Shown: positions 40,058 through 49,761 of the stretch, piece by piece | Layout: every line of letters starts with the position of its first letter | How positions within the stretch are numbered: position 1 is the first letter of the stretch | NCBI GenBank assembly: GCA_965372795.1 | Contig: CBDVDR010000014.1 | Span: forward strand, 23,391-87,390 | DNA: 64,000 nt | Reading direction: 5' to 3' | Source of the DNA: an uncultured bacterium | Lineage (GTDB): Bacteria > Zixibacteria > MSB-5A5 > GN15 > FEB-12 | The notes under the pieces: model-generated | What the model saw: the letters and a program-made list of their open reading frames with translations, nothing else | The model's database searches: none | Told to the model about the DNA's origin: nothing | Made by a program: the position numbers and the translations under genes

Positions 40058-41463
40058 ATCAGCGACACATATTTTCTTTGAAGTATATCTGTTTACCGCT
40101 TTTTGTCGGGTTGTTGCTATTTAGCGGATGTAGTTCTTTAGCGACGAAAAACAAATTCTATTCTCCGATCACTCAAGAGCTGCGCCAGAATAATTTTGAC
40201 AAAGTTGTCGAAAAAATAGAACAAGCCCGACGTGAAAATAAATGGGCAGGCAAAGATAGATTCCTATATTATTTAGATGCCGGTTTAGCCCACCATTTTG
40301 CCGGCAATTACGATTCGAGCAATTTGAGGCTCGCCGAGGCAGAGAGATCCGCCGATGAACTTTTCACTAAAAGCATCTCAAAAGCTGCAGCTTCAATCCT
40401 CTTAAATGATAATGTTCTGGAATATGCCGGAGAGGATTATGAAATACTATACACCAATCTGATAATGGCAATGAACTATCTTGCCATGGGAAAATTTGAT
40501 GATGCTTTTGTAGAGGTCAGAAGAGTTAATGAAAAACTCGAACTTTTGGATCGGAAGTATGCCGATGCTGCTCAACGGTATCAATCGCATTCTAAAGATG
40601 ATACTACCGGTGTAGAAATACAATATGAGGCAAAGAAAGTACGTTTCAATAACGATGCCTTTGCCAGGTATCTGAGTATGCATATCTACGCTGCTGATGG
40701 TCAGTATGATGACGCCCGGATAGATTATAACTGGCTCTTAAGAGCTTTTACCGAACAACCACATATTTATGACTTTACTGTTCCGGAAGTCACTTATTAT
40801 TCAAAAGATAAAGCAATTTTGAGTATTGTTGCCATGACCGGAGCAGCACCTTTGAAAGTAGCCTTTAACCTTAGAATACGAACCGATAAAGACCTTAATC
40901 TGGTTCAGGTACTATCAACCGATATCAATGGGGTTGAATCAAATTATGGGCAGATTCCAATCCCCGTTTCTGCTGACTATTATTTCAAATTTTCAATTCC
41001 AAAATTGAAAACAAAGCCATCTGAGGTTAACGAAATTCGAGTCTATGCCAACAACAGACCAATAGGATCTCTTCAGTTAATAGAAAAAATATCTAATGTC
41101 GCCGCTGAAACTTTTGAAGCTAAAAAGTCATTGATATATCTGCGATCTATCGGTCGAGCTGTTTTTAAAGGTCTCACCGCTCATAATATGAAAAAGAAAG
41201 CTGATACCGGGGGACTTGGGGGATGGCTAAAAAAAGCCGCTATTGATGTCGGGATGGATCTTATTGAAAATGCTGACCTCAGATCATCACACCTTCTTCC
41301 CGGTCAAATTTATGTCGGAGATTTTGAGATTGAACCCGGTACTTATAACCTGGTAATAGATTTTTTAGACGTCGAGGGAAGATTACTTTATCAAAAAAAG
41401 ATCAGAGAATGCTCAGTTAAAAAGAATTATTTTAACCTATCAGAAGCTATTTTTCTGAACTAA
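40051..41463 (+). CDS. COG3014-like TPR lipoprotein
   Basis: Lipobox FSGC; LYYLDAG, Y.GEDYE, A.VEVRR, ADLRS..LLP; typical neighbour of LpoB. Confidence 0.7.
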   Translation: MVNQRHIFSLKYICLPLFVGLLLFSGCSSLATKNKFYSPITQELRQNNFDKVVEKIEQARRENKWAGKDRFLYYLDAGLAHHFAGNYDSSNLRLAEAERSADELFTKSISKAAASILLNDNVLEYAGEDYEILYTNLIMAMNYLAMGKFDDAFVEVRRVNEKLELLDRKYADAAQRYQSHSKDDTTGVEIQYEAKKVRFNNDAFARYLSMHIYAADGQYDDARIDYNWLLRAFTEQPHIYDFTVPEVTYYSKDKAILSIVAMTGAAPLKVAFNLRIRTDKDLNLVQVLSTDINGVESNYGQIPIPVSADYYFKFSIPKLKTKPSEVNEIRVYANNRPIGSLQLIEKISNVAAETFEAKKSLIYLRSIGRAVFKGLTAHNMKKKADTGGLGGWLKKAAIDVGMDLIENADLRSSHLLPGQIYVGDFEIEPGTYNLVIDFLDVEGRLLYQKKIRECSVKKNYFNLSEAIFLN

Positions 41464-41467
41464 CAAT

Positions 41468-41731
41468 ATGAAAGATCATGATTATCCGATAGATGGTACT
41501 CTGGATCTACATCATTTTGCTCCCAAAGACACCAAGGAAGTTGTCGAAGAATATATCAGAGTATGCCTTGAAAAAGGGATTACAAAAATTCGAATTGTTC
41601 ATGGTAAAGGAATCGGAGTCAAGCGAACAATCGTTCACAAAATCCTTGAAAATCATCCCCGTGTAAAATCTTTTACCCATGAGGGCGGCAGCGGTGGCGG
41701 ATGGGGTGCAACGATAGTTGATTTAAAATAA
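41468..41731 (+). CDS. Smr/MutS2 C-terminal domain protein
   Basis: LDLH, IVHGKG.G, GGWGATIV. Confidence 0.9.
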   Translation: MKDHDYPIDGTLDLHHFAPKDTKEVVEEYIRVCLEKGITKIRIVHGKGIGVKRTIVHKILENHPRVKSFTHEGGSGGGWGATIVDLK

Positions 41732-41742
41732 AATTATACTTT

Positions 41743-41776
41743 AAAAATCGCAAGCTCTGCCCGAAGACAGAGCTTG
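41743..41776 (-). terminator. intrinsic terminator of the structured RNA
   Basis: CAAGCUCUGUC-UUCG-GGCAGAGCUUG-cga-UUUUU. Confidence 0.75.
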
Positions 41777-42024
41777 ACGCTAGGTGAGCCCATAAATTGG
41801 TGGGCTACAAGCTGGATTCGCGAAGAATCCAGTATCTCAATTAGTGTGACACAGATTCTCCAGCCAGCTGACGTTAGAAGCGATCTTCTATTGACCACGG
41901 CCTAAACCGTAAATTTTTATACTTAGAAAAGAGTAGTCGACAATCTGTCACCGGTTGAATAACAATAAGACCACCGGAGACTGCACAGAGATTTTTAATA
42001 ACAGTCGTTTAAAATATGTGCTCT

Positions 42025-42159
42025 TTAATTCGACTGTCGATACCGGGGAATGCATTTGCTCGATTTACAGACCTGTACGCGCCAGGCACAAAATGACATC
42101 AACATTACAAACAAAAAAATAATCATTGTAAAATTGATAAAAAATGAGCAATCGAGCAT
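42025..42159 (-). CDS. possible 44-aa single-TM peptide (type I toxin-like) within the structured RNA
   Basis: GGAG 5 nt before ATG; MLDCSFFINFTMIIFLFVMLMSFCAWRVQVCKSSKCIPRYRQSN*. Confidence 0.35.
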   Translation of the reverse strand: MLDCSFFINFTMIIFLFVMLMSFCAWRVQVCKSSKCIPRYRQSN

Positions 42160-42229
42160 CGTTACTCCACTGATATATGTTACCTAATGTCCAGTCGCCA
42201 GGGGTCGTCCTACCCTAACTTTCAATTTT

Positions 42230-42258
42230 AATCTAATATGAAAAGGCTTGACTGTCAA
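42230..42258 (-). promoter_or_regulatory. sigma70-type promoter
   Basis: TTGACA (42258-42253), 17-nt spacer, TAGATT (42235-42230); the -35 lies inside palindrome CTTGAC-T-GTCAAG. Confidence 0.65.
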
Positions 42259-42359
42259 GGGAAATCAAGCTTTAAAAAAAGTAAAAGTGATAAAATATTA
42301 TTATTCAAACAGAATCATGGACTATAACTGGTTATTTTCCACCTTGTAAAATAATTTAA

Positions 42360-43217
42360 TCAGTCCTTTAGCTTACTTAACTTATCAATAAACTCTCTCG
42401 CTTCTCGTTTTGACAAGCCTTCACTGACTAATTCTTCAAGATTCCAATCAACATTACTAATTTTTTTATTAAGAACATTCATTTCAGTACCTGAAAATCC
42501 GAATGCATTTACCATAAAATCCAAAAATGCTTCATAAGCAACCGGACAAACCGCTTTTACCATCTCTGCCATCACATTCGCATAAACCTGAATCTCTTTT
42601 TGTGCGTGAGTATCCATCCGTAATTTCAAAAAATGAAATAAATTGTGAAGATCAATTTTCCAATACCACTCGGTATAGAGTGATAGCGGCAAACTAATTC
42701 TTGCGATCTCCCTCGCTAATCCTTCATCAACAAATTTCATATAATTTTTATAGGCATCTTTTTGTGAACTATTTAAATAGTCCAAAACTTCTTGTTTCAA
42801 TTGATCCGGAACATCTTTTTCGGATCTCCCCTGTTTATTTACAGTTGATTGAAACCTGATATCATCAGTATTCGGCATAAAAAATTCATCTTTCATAACC
42901 GAATATCTACCCGAATATTCATTCACATTTGCAGATCTATGGCGAATCCATTGACGAGCGACAAAAATTGGCAGTTTTACATGAAATTTAAATTCAACCA
43001 TTTCAAACGGGGTTGTATGGCGATGACGCATTAAGTACCGAATAAGTCCTCTGTCTTCGGAGACTTTTTTTGTACCTTCACCGTAACTGACTCTGGCTGC
43101 TTGAACAATAGCATTATCGGAGCCCATATAATCAATCAGTCGAATAAAACCATGATCTAATACCTTAAATTCTTTATCGAGCAGGGCATCAGCTTTTTCA
43201 TTTAATTCGTGTGCCAT
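42360..43217 (-). CDS. thyX: FAD-dependent thymidylate synthase
   Basis: AARVSY, RHTTPFE, RQWIRHR...NEYSGRY, LR...HAQ.EI. Confidence 0.97.
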   Translation of the reverse strand: MAHELNEKADALLDKEFKVLDHGFIRLIDYMGSDNAIVQAARVSYGEGTKKVSEDRGLIRYLMRHRHTTPFEMVEFKFHVKLPIFVARQWIRHRSANVNEYSGRYSVMKDEFFMPNTDDIRFQSTVNKQGRSEKDVPDQLKQEVLDYLNSSQKDAYKNYMKFVDEGLAREIARISLPLSLYTEWYWKIDLHNLFHFLKLRMDTHAQKEIQVYANVMAEMVKAVCPVAYEAFLDFMVNAFGFSGTEMNVLNKKISNVDWNLEELVSEGLSKREAREFIDKLSKLKD

Positions 43218-43394
43218 ATTTCTCCTTATTAAGATTAAGTTTCCAATATAAAAACCTTAATTGTCCCGGACAATTCTTTTTTTTTGAAATGTGACAAAAC
43301 CCTCACTCTTGCTTTTACGTAGACATTATTATATCTTAACTCCCCATTAAGGAGAGTTGACAATTAATAATTTAATAGTAAAGGAGTCTTCTCC

Positions 43395-44909
43395 ATGTCT
43401 CCCAATGAAAACTACAAGGAACTGGTAGAACGATCTAAGAAAATAAGCTTGCTATATTCCTGTGCTTCAGTACTCGGATGGGACGAGCGAACTTACATGC
43501 CTCGCGGCGGATCACACCACCGAGCTGATCAATTAAGCCTGATTTCCGGGCTTGGTCATGAACAATTTACTGACCCTCGAATTGGAGAATTACTCAGTGA
43601 ACTGGAACAGTCTGATCTGATGAAAGATGAATATTCTCCCGAAGCAGTCAATATCAGAGAAACCAGACACCAATACGACAAACAGACCAAACTTCCAACT
43701 GATTTAGTAGAAGAAATTACAAGAGTCACTACCCTTGCCCAGGGTGAATGGGTAACAGCCAGAAAAAACTCTGATTTTAAACAATTTCTCCCCTGGCTCG
43801 AAAAAGTTGTCGATTTGCAAAGGAAAAAAGCTGAGGCTTATGGTTATGAAGGCGAACCATATGATGCTTTGCTTGATGATTATGAACCGGGTGCTAAAAC
43901 ATCGGAAATAGTTGAAGTTTTTGCAAATTTACGTAATGAGTTAGTAACTTTGTTAGGCAAGATCAAAGATGCTCCCAAAAAACCTGACGCTTCGATAGTG
44001 GAACGTGATTATGATGTCAAGTTACAGCAGATTTTCGGCGAATCTGTCGCTGCCGCAATGGGATATAATTTTAATGAAGGTCGGCTCGACATTACTACTC
44101 ACCCGTTCTGTACCGGCATCGGACCCGGAGATACCCGTATAACCACACGGTATAATCCAAAAAGACTCAACGATGCTCTCTTTGGGATTATGCATGAAGC
44201 CGGACATGGTTTGTACGAAATGGGATTGAACAAAAAAGAATATTATGGAACTCCTATGGGAGAATCAGCATCTTTGGGTATTCATGAGTCCCAATCGAGA
44301 ATGTGGGAAAATCAGGTTGGGCGTTCGAAATCGTTCTGGAAATATTTTTTCCCGCAAGCACAGAGAATTTTCAAAGAATCACTTTCTGGAGTTTCATTGG
44401 ATGATTTCTATGCCGCAATCAATGATGTCAAACCTTCCTATATCAGGGTTGAAGCTGATGAAGCAACCTACAATCTTCACATTCTGCTTCGCTTTGAATT
44501 GGAAAGAGGCTTATTAACCGGAGATATTAAACCGGCTGATATATCTGGAGAATGGAACAGCCGCTTTAAAAAATATTTCGGCTATGAAGTTGATAAAGAT
44601 TCTAACGGATGTCTTCAGGATGTCCATTGGTCTGCCGGATTGATCGGATACTTCCCGACTTATACTTTAGGCAACCTTTATTCAGCCCAGTTCTATAATC
44701 AGGCAAAGGAAGAAATTATTGATATGGAACAAGGTTTTGAACGCGGTGATTTCTTAACTCTGCGCCATTGGCTGAAAGATAATATCCATGACCATGGCAG
44801 TAAATATCGCGCTAACAAACTTGTTGAAGTTGTAACGGACAACCCGTTAGCCCACCAACCGTTGATAGATTATATGAATAAAAAATACGGTGAAATTTAC
44901 GGTTTTTAG
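43395..44909 (+). CDS. carboxypeptidase M32 (Taq family)
   Basis: HPF, RITTRY, HEAGH, HESQS, IRVEADE, GCLQDVHW, GYFPTYTLG. Confidence 0.95.
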   Translation: MSPNENYKELVERSKKISLLYSCASVLGWDERTYMPRGGSHHRADQLSLISGLGHEQFTDPRIGELLSELEQSDLMKDEYSPEAVNIRETRHQYDKQTKLPTDLVEEITRVTTLAQGEWVTARKNSDFKQFLPWLEKVVDLQRKKAEAYGYEGEPYDALLDDYEPGAKTSEIVEVFANLRNELVTLLGKIKDAPKKPDASIVERDYDVKLQQIFGESVAAAMGYNFNEGRLDITTHPFCTGIGPGDTRITTRYNPKRLNDALFGIMHEAGHGLYEMGLNKKEYYGTPMGESASLGIHESQSRMWENQVGRSKSFWKYFFPQAQRIFKESLSGVSLDDFYAAINDVKPSYIRVEADEATYNLHILLRFELERGLLTGDIKPADISGEWNSRFKKYFGYEVDKDSNGCLQDVHWSAGLIGYFPTYTLGNLYSAQFYNQAKEEIIDMEQGFERGDFLTLRHWLKDNIHDHGSKYRANKLVEVVTDNPLAHQPLIDYMNKKYGEIYGF

Positions 44910-44924
44910 TAATTGATTTACAAG

Positions 44925-44955
44925 AAAAGCCGGCAGTTACTCTGCCGGCTTTTTT
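44925..44955. terminator. bidirectional terminator
   Basis: AAAAGCCGGCAG-ttact-CTGCCGGCTTTTT between convergent genes. Confidence 0.85.
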
Positions 44956-45160
44956 AATTTGTACAAGCTCCGCTATAAATCAGATATGGTACAATTATAT
45001 ATAAGATTGTATCCCTTATCAGATAAAACAGTATGAAAGCGAGGATAAATTTCCAACCAAGCCCTTTAACTTCCTTCCAACTATGAGGAAATTTGAAATT
45101 TTTAGCAAATTTAAATCTATTTTTTTTGCGTTTATTAGATTCTGAATAAGCCTGATTCAT
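44954..45160 (-). CDS. small membrane protein
   Basis: AGAGGA SD; basic N-terminus, then GWKFILAFILFYLIRDTILYIIVPYL. Confidence 0.65.
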   Translation of the reverse strand: MNQAYSESNKRKKNRFKFAKNFKFPHSWKEVKGLGWKFILAFILFYLIRDTILYIIVPYLIYSGACTN

Positions 45161-45286
45161 ATATTTTTAAAAATCCTCTCTAAATTGCTCTAAAATAATA
45201 AAATAAAAATATTTGCCAATTGACAGAATAAAACAGTAATTAACCATTGATGTTCCAAAATATAGTTAAAAAATGGTGACCAAAGA

Positions 45287-46657
45287 ATGAAAATAATAAT
45301 AGTCGGCGGCGGAGTAGTTGGTTTCTCTCTTGCAGAGCAACTTTTGCATGATAAACATCAATTAACACTTATCGAATCAGACCCTGAATTATGCCAACAA
45401 TTATCTGAAAAGTTGGATATTCAAATCTTTAACGGATCAGGCACATCCCCTTATCTCTTAAAAGAAGCCGGATTACCTGATACTGATATGATAATTGCTG
45501 TTACTCCAAATAATGAAATAAATATGCTGGTTTGTACCATTGCTTCTCAATTCAATGTCAAGCAACGTATTGCCCGTTTACGCGGTGAGGAATTTGGAGC
45601 TCAACAGAAATTTATCGATCTGGAGAAAATCGGCATAACTTCTGTCATTCAACCGGAAAAAGCGATGGTTGATCATGTCCTTCAGTATGTTGAGACTCCC
45701 CATGCCAAAGATTCTGCAAACTTCGAATCAGGCCGGATATTGATGCGAGGTTATCGTGTTACCGAAAAAATGGGAATTGCCAATAAAACTCCTCGTGAAA
45801 TCAGAGAAGAAATCTCACCCTTCGTTATACTTTTTGCTGCAATAATCCGAGGCGGGGTTGGCATGATCCCGGATGGTAATATGAAAATTGAACCGGGTGA
45901 TTTGGTTTATGCACTTTTCCCAAGGGAATCCCTGGAAACATTTCTTAAACTTGTAAATATCGAAACAAAAAACCGGAAAATAATCATGACCGGTAACAGC
46001 TATGCCACTTTAGAATTAGCAAAAGCTTTTGATAAAACAGAATTCAATGTGACCTACGTAAATCCCGACCGTGCCAACGCCGAATTGGCTGCTGCTGAAT
46101 TGAACAAGGTTGAAGTGCTTCATGGCGAATGCACACAAATTGAATTATTAAGAGAATTAAATGTTCATGCAGCTTCATTTTTCATTTCGGTTTCAGATGA
46201 AGCAGATTATAACATGCTTTCATCTCTTCTGGCTAAAGCCGAAGGCGCACACGAAGTCATAGCATCAACAACTGAATTACATCATAACCGTCTTTTTCAG
46301 TCAATTGGCATTGATCATATTATCAATCCTCGCTTAACAACCGCCCGGGAGATCCTTGAGACGATTTCCAAAGGTCATATCAGCGGAAAATTCCGCTTAT
46401 CAAATGCTGATATTGAAGCTGTCCGATTTAGGGTTGAACCGAACAGTACAATTGCCGGCATGAAAGTGAAAAAAATTGCAACCAAACTTAAAAAAGGAAC
46501 GATAATCGGAATTATTATTCGTCAGGATAAAATTATTCTTCCTGAAGGTGAAACGGTTATAGAAATTGATGATCATGTTATTCTGATTACTCACAACCGA
46601 AATCTTCCTTATATCTCAAAACTATTTAAACCGCATAAATTATTTAAACGGAACTAA
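45287..46657 (+). CDS. trkA: Trk K+ uptake NAD-binding subunit
   Basis: MKIIIVGGGVVG, two RCK_N/RCK_C pairs. Confidence 0.92.
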   Translation: MKIIIVGGGVVGFSLAEQLLHDKHQLTLIESDPELCQQLSEKLDIQIFNGSGTSPYLLKEAGLPDTDMIIAVTPNNEINMLVCTIASQFNVKQRIARLRGEEFGAQQKFIDLEKIGITSVIQPEKAMVDHVLQYVETPHAKDSANFESGRILMRGYRVTEKMGIANKTPREIREEISPFVILFAAIIRGGVGMIPDGNMKIEPGDLVYALFPRESLETFLKLVNIETKNRKIIMTGNSYATLELAKAFDKTEFNVTYVNPDRANAELAAAELNKVEVLHGECTQIELLRELNVHAASFFISVSDEADYNMLSSLLAKAEGAHEVIASTTELHHNRLFQSIGIDHIINPRLTTAREILETISKGHISGKFRLSNADIEAVRFRVEPNSTIAGMKVKKIATKLKKGTIIGIIIRQDKIILPEGETVIEIDDHVILITHNRNLPYISKLFKPHKLFKRN

Positions 46658-46658
46658 T

Positions 46659-48257
46659 ATGCATAAAACTGCTGTAGCTTATGCTATTGGAAAAATGATG
46701 CAGGTGATGAGTTTAGTAATGCTCATTCCACTTGGTATGGCAATTTTAGATCTGGATAAAATATCATTTCAAGCAATGATGTCAGTACCGGAAATTATCG
46801 GTTATCTGGTCGCAACCGCATTTTCTATTCTATTTGGAACTGCTCTGGTGGTTGCTTTTCCGGGAGGTAGAAATCTTCAGGGAATCAAAGAAGGATATGC
46901 GATTGTAACCTTTGGATGGTTATTGATGGCTTTTATTTCGGCCATTCCCTTTACTCTTTATTTTTACGCAACTCAAGACAGCAGTGCCAATGGAATATTT
47001 TTAGCTTTCACTGATGCCTACTTTGAAGTCATGTCCGGATTCACAACAACCGGATCCTCGATTCTTTCTGATGTTGAAGCTGTTCCCCATTCCCTTTTAT
47101 TTCTCAGAGCTTTAACTCACTGGCTCGGAGGAATGGGTATTATCACTCTGGCGATGGTAATTTTCCCTGCTATGGGGGTTGTCGGATACCAGATGTTTCG
47201 AGGGGAAGTACCCGGACCTACCACTGAAAAACTTTTCCCCCGTTTAGCTCACACAGCTACAACTTTGTGGGGTGTATATTTGTTGTTAACAGTTGCTGAA
47301 ACAGTTTTTTTAATGTTCGGCGGGATGAGTTTATTTGATGCTGTTTGTCATTCATTTGCAACGATGGCAACCGGAGGTTTCTCAACCAAAAACGCTTCCA
47401 TTGCTGGCTTCAACTCTGATTATATCGAATGGGTCATTACTATCTTTATGTTTTTTGCCGGGATTAATTTTCTTTTGCACTTTAAGGCTCTCAAGGGTGA
47501 TTTCACCTCGATGTTCAAAAATAAAGAATTCCGTTTCTATAGCTTGATAATTATTGTTACAATTTTAACAATCACATCGGTTCTTTATTTCAACGGTCTT
47601 GCCTCACAGGAAAACGCTGCACAATCATTTCGATCCAGTCAGCCAACTACCGAGGAGTTTTCTGAACATTATGAAAATCAAAGTGAAGACATTTCAACGC
47701 TGTATGACAGCTTTCGGGTTGCCTCATTTCAAACTCTGGCGATAGTTACAACGACCGGATTTGTGACCCATGATTTTGATATGTGGCCTGATTTTCTAAG
47801 ATTTTTACTGGTATTTTTGATGTTCTTCGGGGGTTGTGCCGGCTCAACGGGCGGCGGGATGAAAATTGTCCGAATCATGATTGTGGCAAAAGTTGCCTTG
47901 AAAGAGTTAAAAAAACTCACTCAGCCAAGGCTTGTTTCACCGGTAAAAATTGGAAAAGAACTCATCGATGATGCCCGCGTGATCAATGTCATTTCATTTG
48001 TATTATTATTTATCGGCTTATTTGTATTTACCGCGGCACTCATGTCAATGTTTGTACCCGACTTAACAACTGCTGTTAGTTGTTCAATTGCGGCTATCGG
48101 AAATATTGGTCCGGGGCTTGGCGGTATAGGGGCAGTTCAAAACTATGGCTGGATACCAATTCCGGGTAAATGGATTTTGATCTTAACAATGCTTCTTGGC
48201 AGACTTGAAATTTTTACGGTCTTAATAATTTTCCGCATCTCGGTCTGGAGAAAATAA
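46659..48257 (+). CDS. trkH: Trk K+ uptake membrane subunit
   Basis: SGFTTTG, WLGGMGI, TGGFS, GGCAGSTGGG, MLLGRLE. Confidence 0.95.
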   Translation: MHKTAVAYAIGKMMQVMSLVMLIPLGMAILDLDKISFQAMMSVPEIIGYLVATAFSILFGTALVVAFPGGRNLQGIKEGYAIVTFGWLLMAFISAIPFTLYFYATQDSSANGIFLAFTDAYFEVMSGFTTTGSSILSDVEAVPHSLLFLRALTHWLGGMGIITLAMVIFPAMGVVGYQMFRGEVPGPTTEKLFPRLAHTATTLWGVYLLLTVAETVFLMFGGMSLFDAVCHSFATMATGGFSTKNASIAGFNSDYIEWVITIFMFFAGINFLLHFKALKGDFTSMFKNKEFRFYSLIIIVTILTITSVLYFNGLASQENAAQSFRSSQPTTEEFSEHYENQSEDISTLYDSFRVASFQTLAIVTTTGFVTHDFDMWPDFLRFLLVFLMFFGGCAGSTGGGMKIVRIMIVAKVALKELKKLTQPRLVSPVKIGKELIDDARVINVISFVLLFIGLFVFTAALMSMFVPDLTTAVSCSIAAIGNIGPGLGGIGAVQNYGWIPIPGKWILILTMLLGRLEIFTVLIIFRISVWRK

Positions 48258-48359
48258 TAGATATAGGAAATCGCAGAATTCAGATAGAATTTTTTTTACC
48301 ATTCTCCATTCTTAGTCGTATAATATCATAAGTTAATCATTAAGGAGAGTTATTTAGCT

Positions 48360-49556
48360 GTGAGAAGTTTTTTTCCGGTTATTGTTTCAGTTATTGCAAT
48401 CATCTTACTTGGTCTTTTCGAAGTAATTTTTCTGCGCTTTTTAACGCCTGATTGGTGGAAACACAAATATATTAAAATCGCTGCCTATGGACTTCCGATA
48501 TTCGGGATGATAATGGTAATTGTATGGGCCATCGGTCAATTTTATCAAATCAAATGGCTCTTGTACCCCGGAGCAATTTTAGCAGTTGCTACATTTATCC
48601 TTGAGATTTGCTTGATGTTATCAATCCCGATAGCAGGAATTCTTCATTTTATCAATTGGATTGGGGACAAATTTTCCAGTAAATTTTCATCTGAAAAACA
48701 GACTAAATTTGATTCCAATAGGAGAATTTTCCTGAAAGGTTCGGCGGCGGCTCTTCCTCTGATAACCATTACCACCGGAGTCTCCGGATTTGCAAGAGCA
48801 TTTTCCGGAGTTAATGTCTTTGAAAAGAAATTAAAAATTGTAAATCTCCCTGATGATCTTGATGGATTGAAAATTTTCCATCTTTCTGATCTTCACCTGA
48901 GTCACTATGTCAATCTTGATGATCTTGCCGAAGTTCTTCAACAGGGTAAAATTTTCTCTCCGGATTTGATTCTTGTAACGGGAGATATTGCTGATAAACT
49001 TGATCTTCTTCCTGATACTCTTCGCATGTTCGGCGATTTCAAGGCTCCGCTGGGAACTTTCGCCAGTCTGGGAAATCATGAACATTTCAGGGGGTTATCC
49101 GAGGTGAAAAGAATATTTGATCGTTCACAAATTCCGTTACTGGTTAATGACTCAGTAAGCACAAAAGTGGGGAAAACCTCTCTTTTCATAGGGGGAATTG
49201 ACGATCCGGTACGAATGGGAGCCAAAGAAAACGCTTTTTTTGAGCGAACGATTGATAAAACTCTGCAAAAATCATCAAACGATGAATTTAAAATTCTTAT
49301 GAGTCACAGGCCGGATGCACTCGATTTTTCTTCAAAGGTTGGTATAAATTTAGTTCTCTCAGGACACACTCATGGCGGACAAATGGGTATAAACGGACGA
49401 TCAATGTTTGAGAATGTATGGCCGGATCGTTATCTCTGGGGCGAGTATTTCATAGGGAAAACCACTCTTTATACATCATCCGGGGTCGGACACTGGTTTC
49501 CGTTTCGGCTTGGTTGTCCTCCTGAAGCTCCGATTATCACTCTGTCGAAAAGCTAA
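48360..49556 (+). CDS. membrane-anchored metallophosphoesterase (YkuE/YaeI-like)
   Basis: SDLH, TGD, GNHE, SHRP, SGHTHGGQ. Confidence 0.9.
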   Translation: MRSFFPVIVSVIAIILLGLFEVIFLRFLTPDWWKHKYIKIAAYGLPIFGMIMVIVWAIGQFYQIKWLLYPGAILAVATFILEICLMLSIPIAGILHFINWIGDKFSSKFSSEKQTKFDSNRRIFLKGSAAALPLITITTGVSGFARAFSGVNVFEKKLKIVNLPDDLDGLKIFHLSDLHLSHYVNLDDLAEVLQQGKIFSPDLILVTGDIADKLDLLPDTLRMFGDFKAPLGTFASLGNHEHFRGLSEVKRIFDRSQIPLLVNDSVSTKVGKTSLFIGGIDDPVRMGAKENAFFERTIDKTLQKSSNDEFKILMSHRPDALDFSSKVGINLVLSGHTHGGQMGINGRSMFENVWPDRYLWGEYFIGKTTLYTSSGVGHWFPFRLGCPPEAPIITLSKS

Positions 49557-49761
49557 TTTCATAGGCAGATTTTAATATTCCCTCCTAAAACTAGCATAAT
49601 AATATAATTTTTTTTTATTTTATTTAATTTTTATGTTGCAATAAAATTTAAATAAAATGTATTTTCCCCTATGAAGGTGAGAACATCACTGCCATTATTA
49701 TTAATGATAAAAAGGAATTTAAAAAAAACCATAAAACCAAACGTTTAAAGGAGCAACACTC

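Larger units (their letters stand above)
41743..42223 (-). ncRNA. unidentified ~480-nt highly structured RNA
   Basis: At least 10 helices, a long-range 5'-3' closing helix, UUCG-containing loops, G.U pairs favouring the minus strand, its own promoter and terminator. Confidence 0.7.

Noticed and set aside
41743..42223. Identity of the structured RNA as tmRNA, RNase P, SRP, group I/II intron or cobalamin riboswitch
   Set aside because: Only fragmentary resemblances (ctggattcg, ggagactg, gaaagt); the required companion motifs are absent on both strands.
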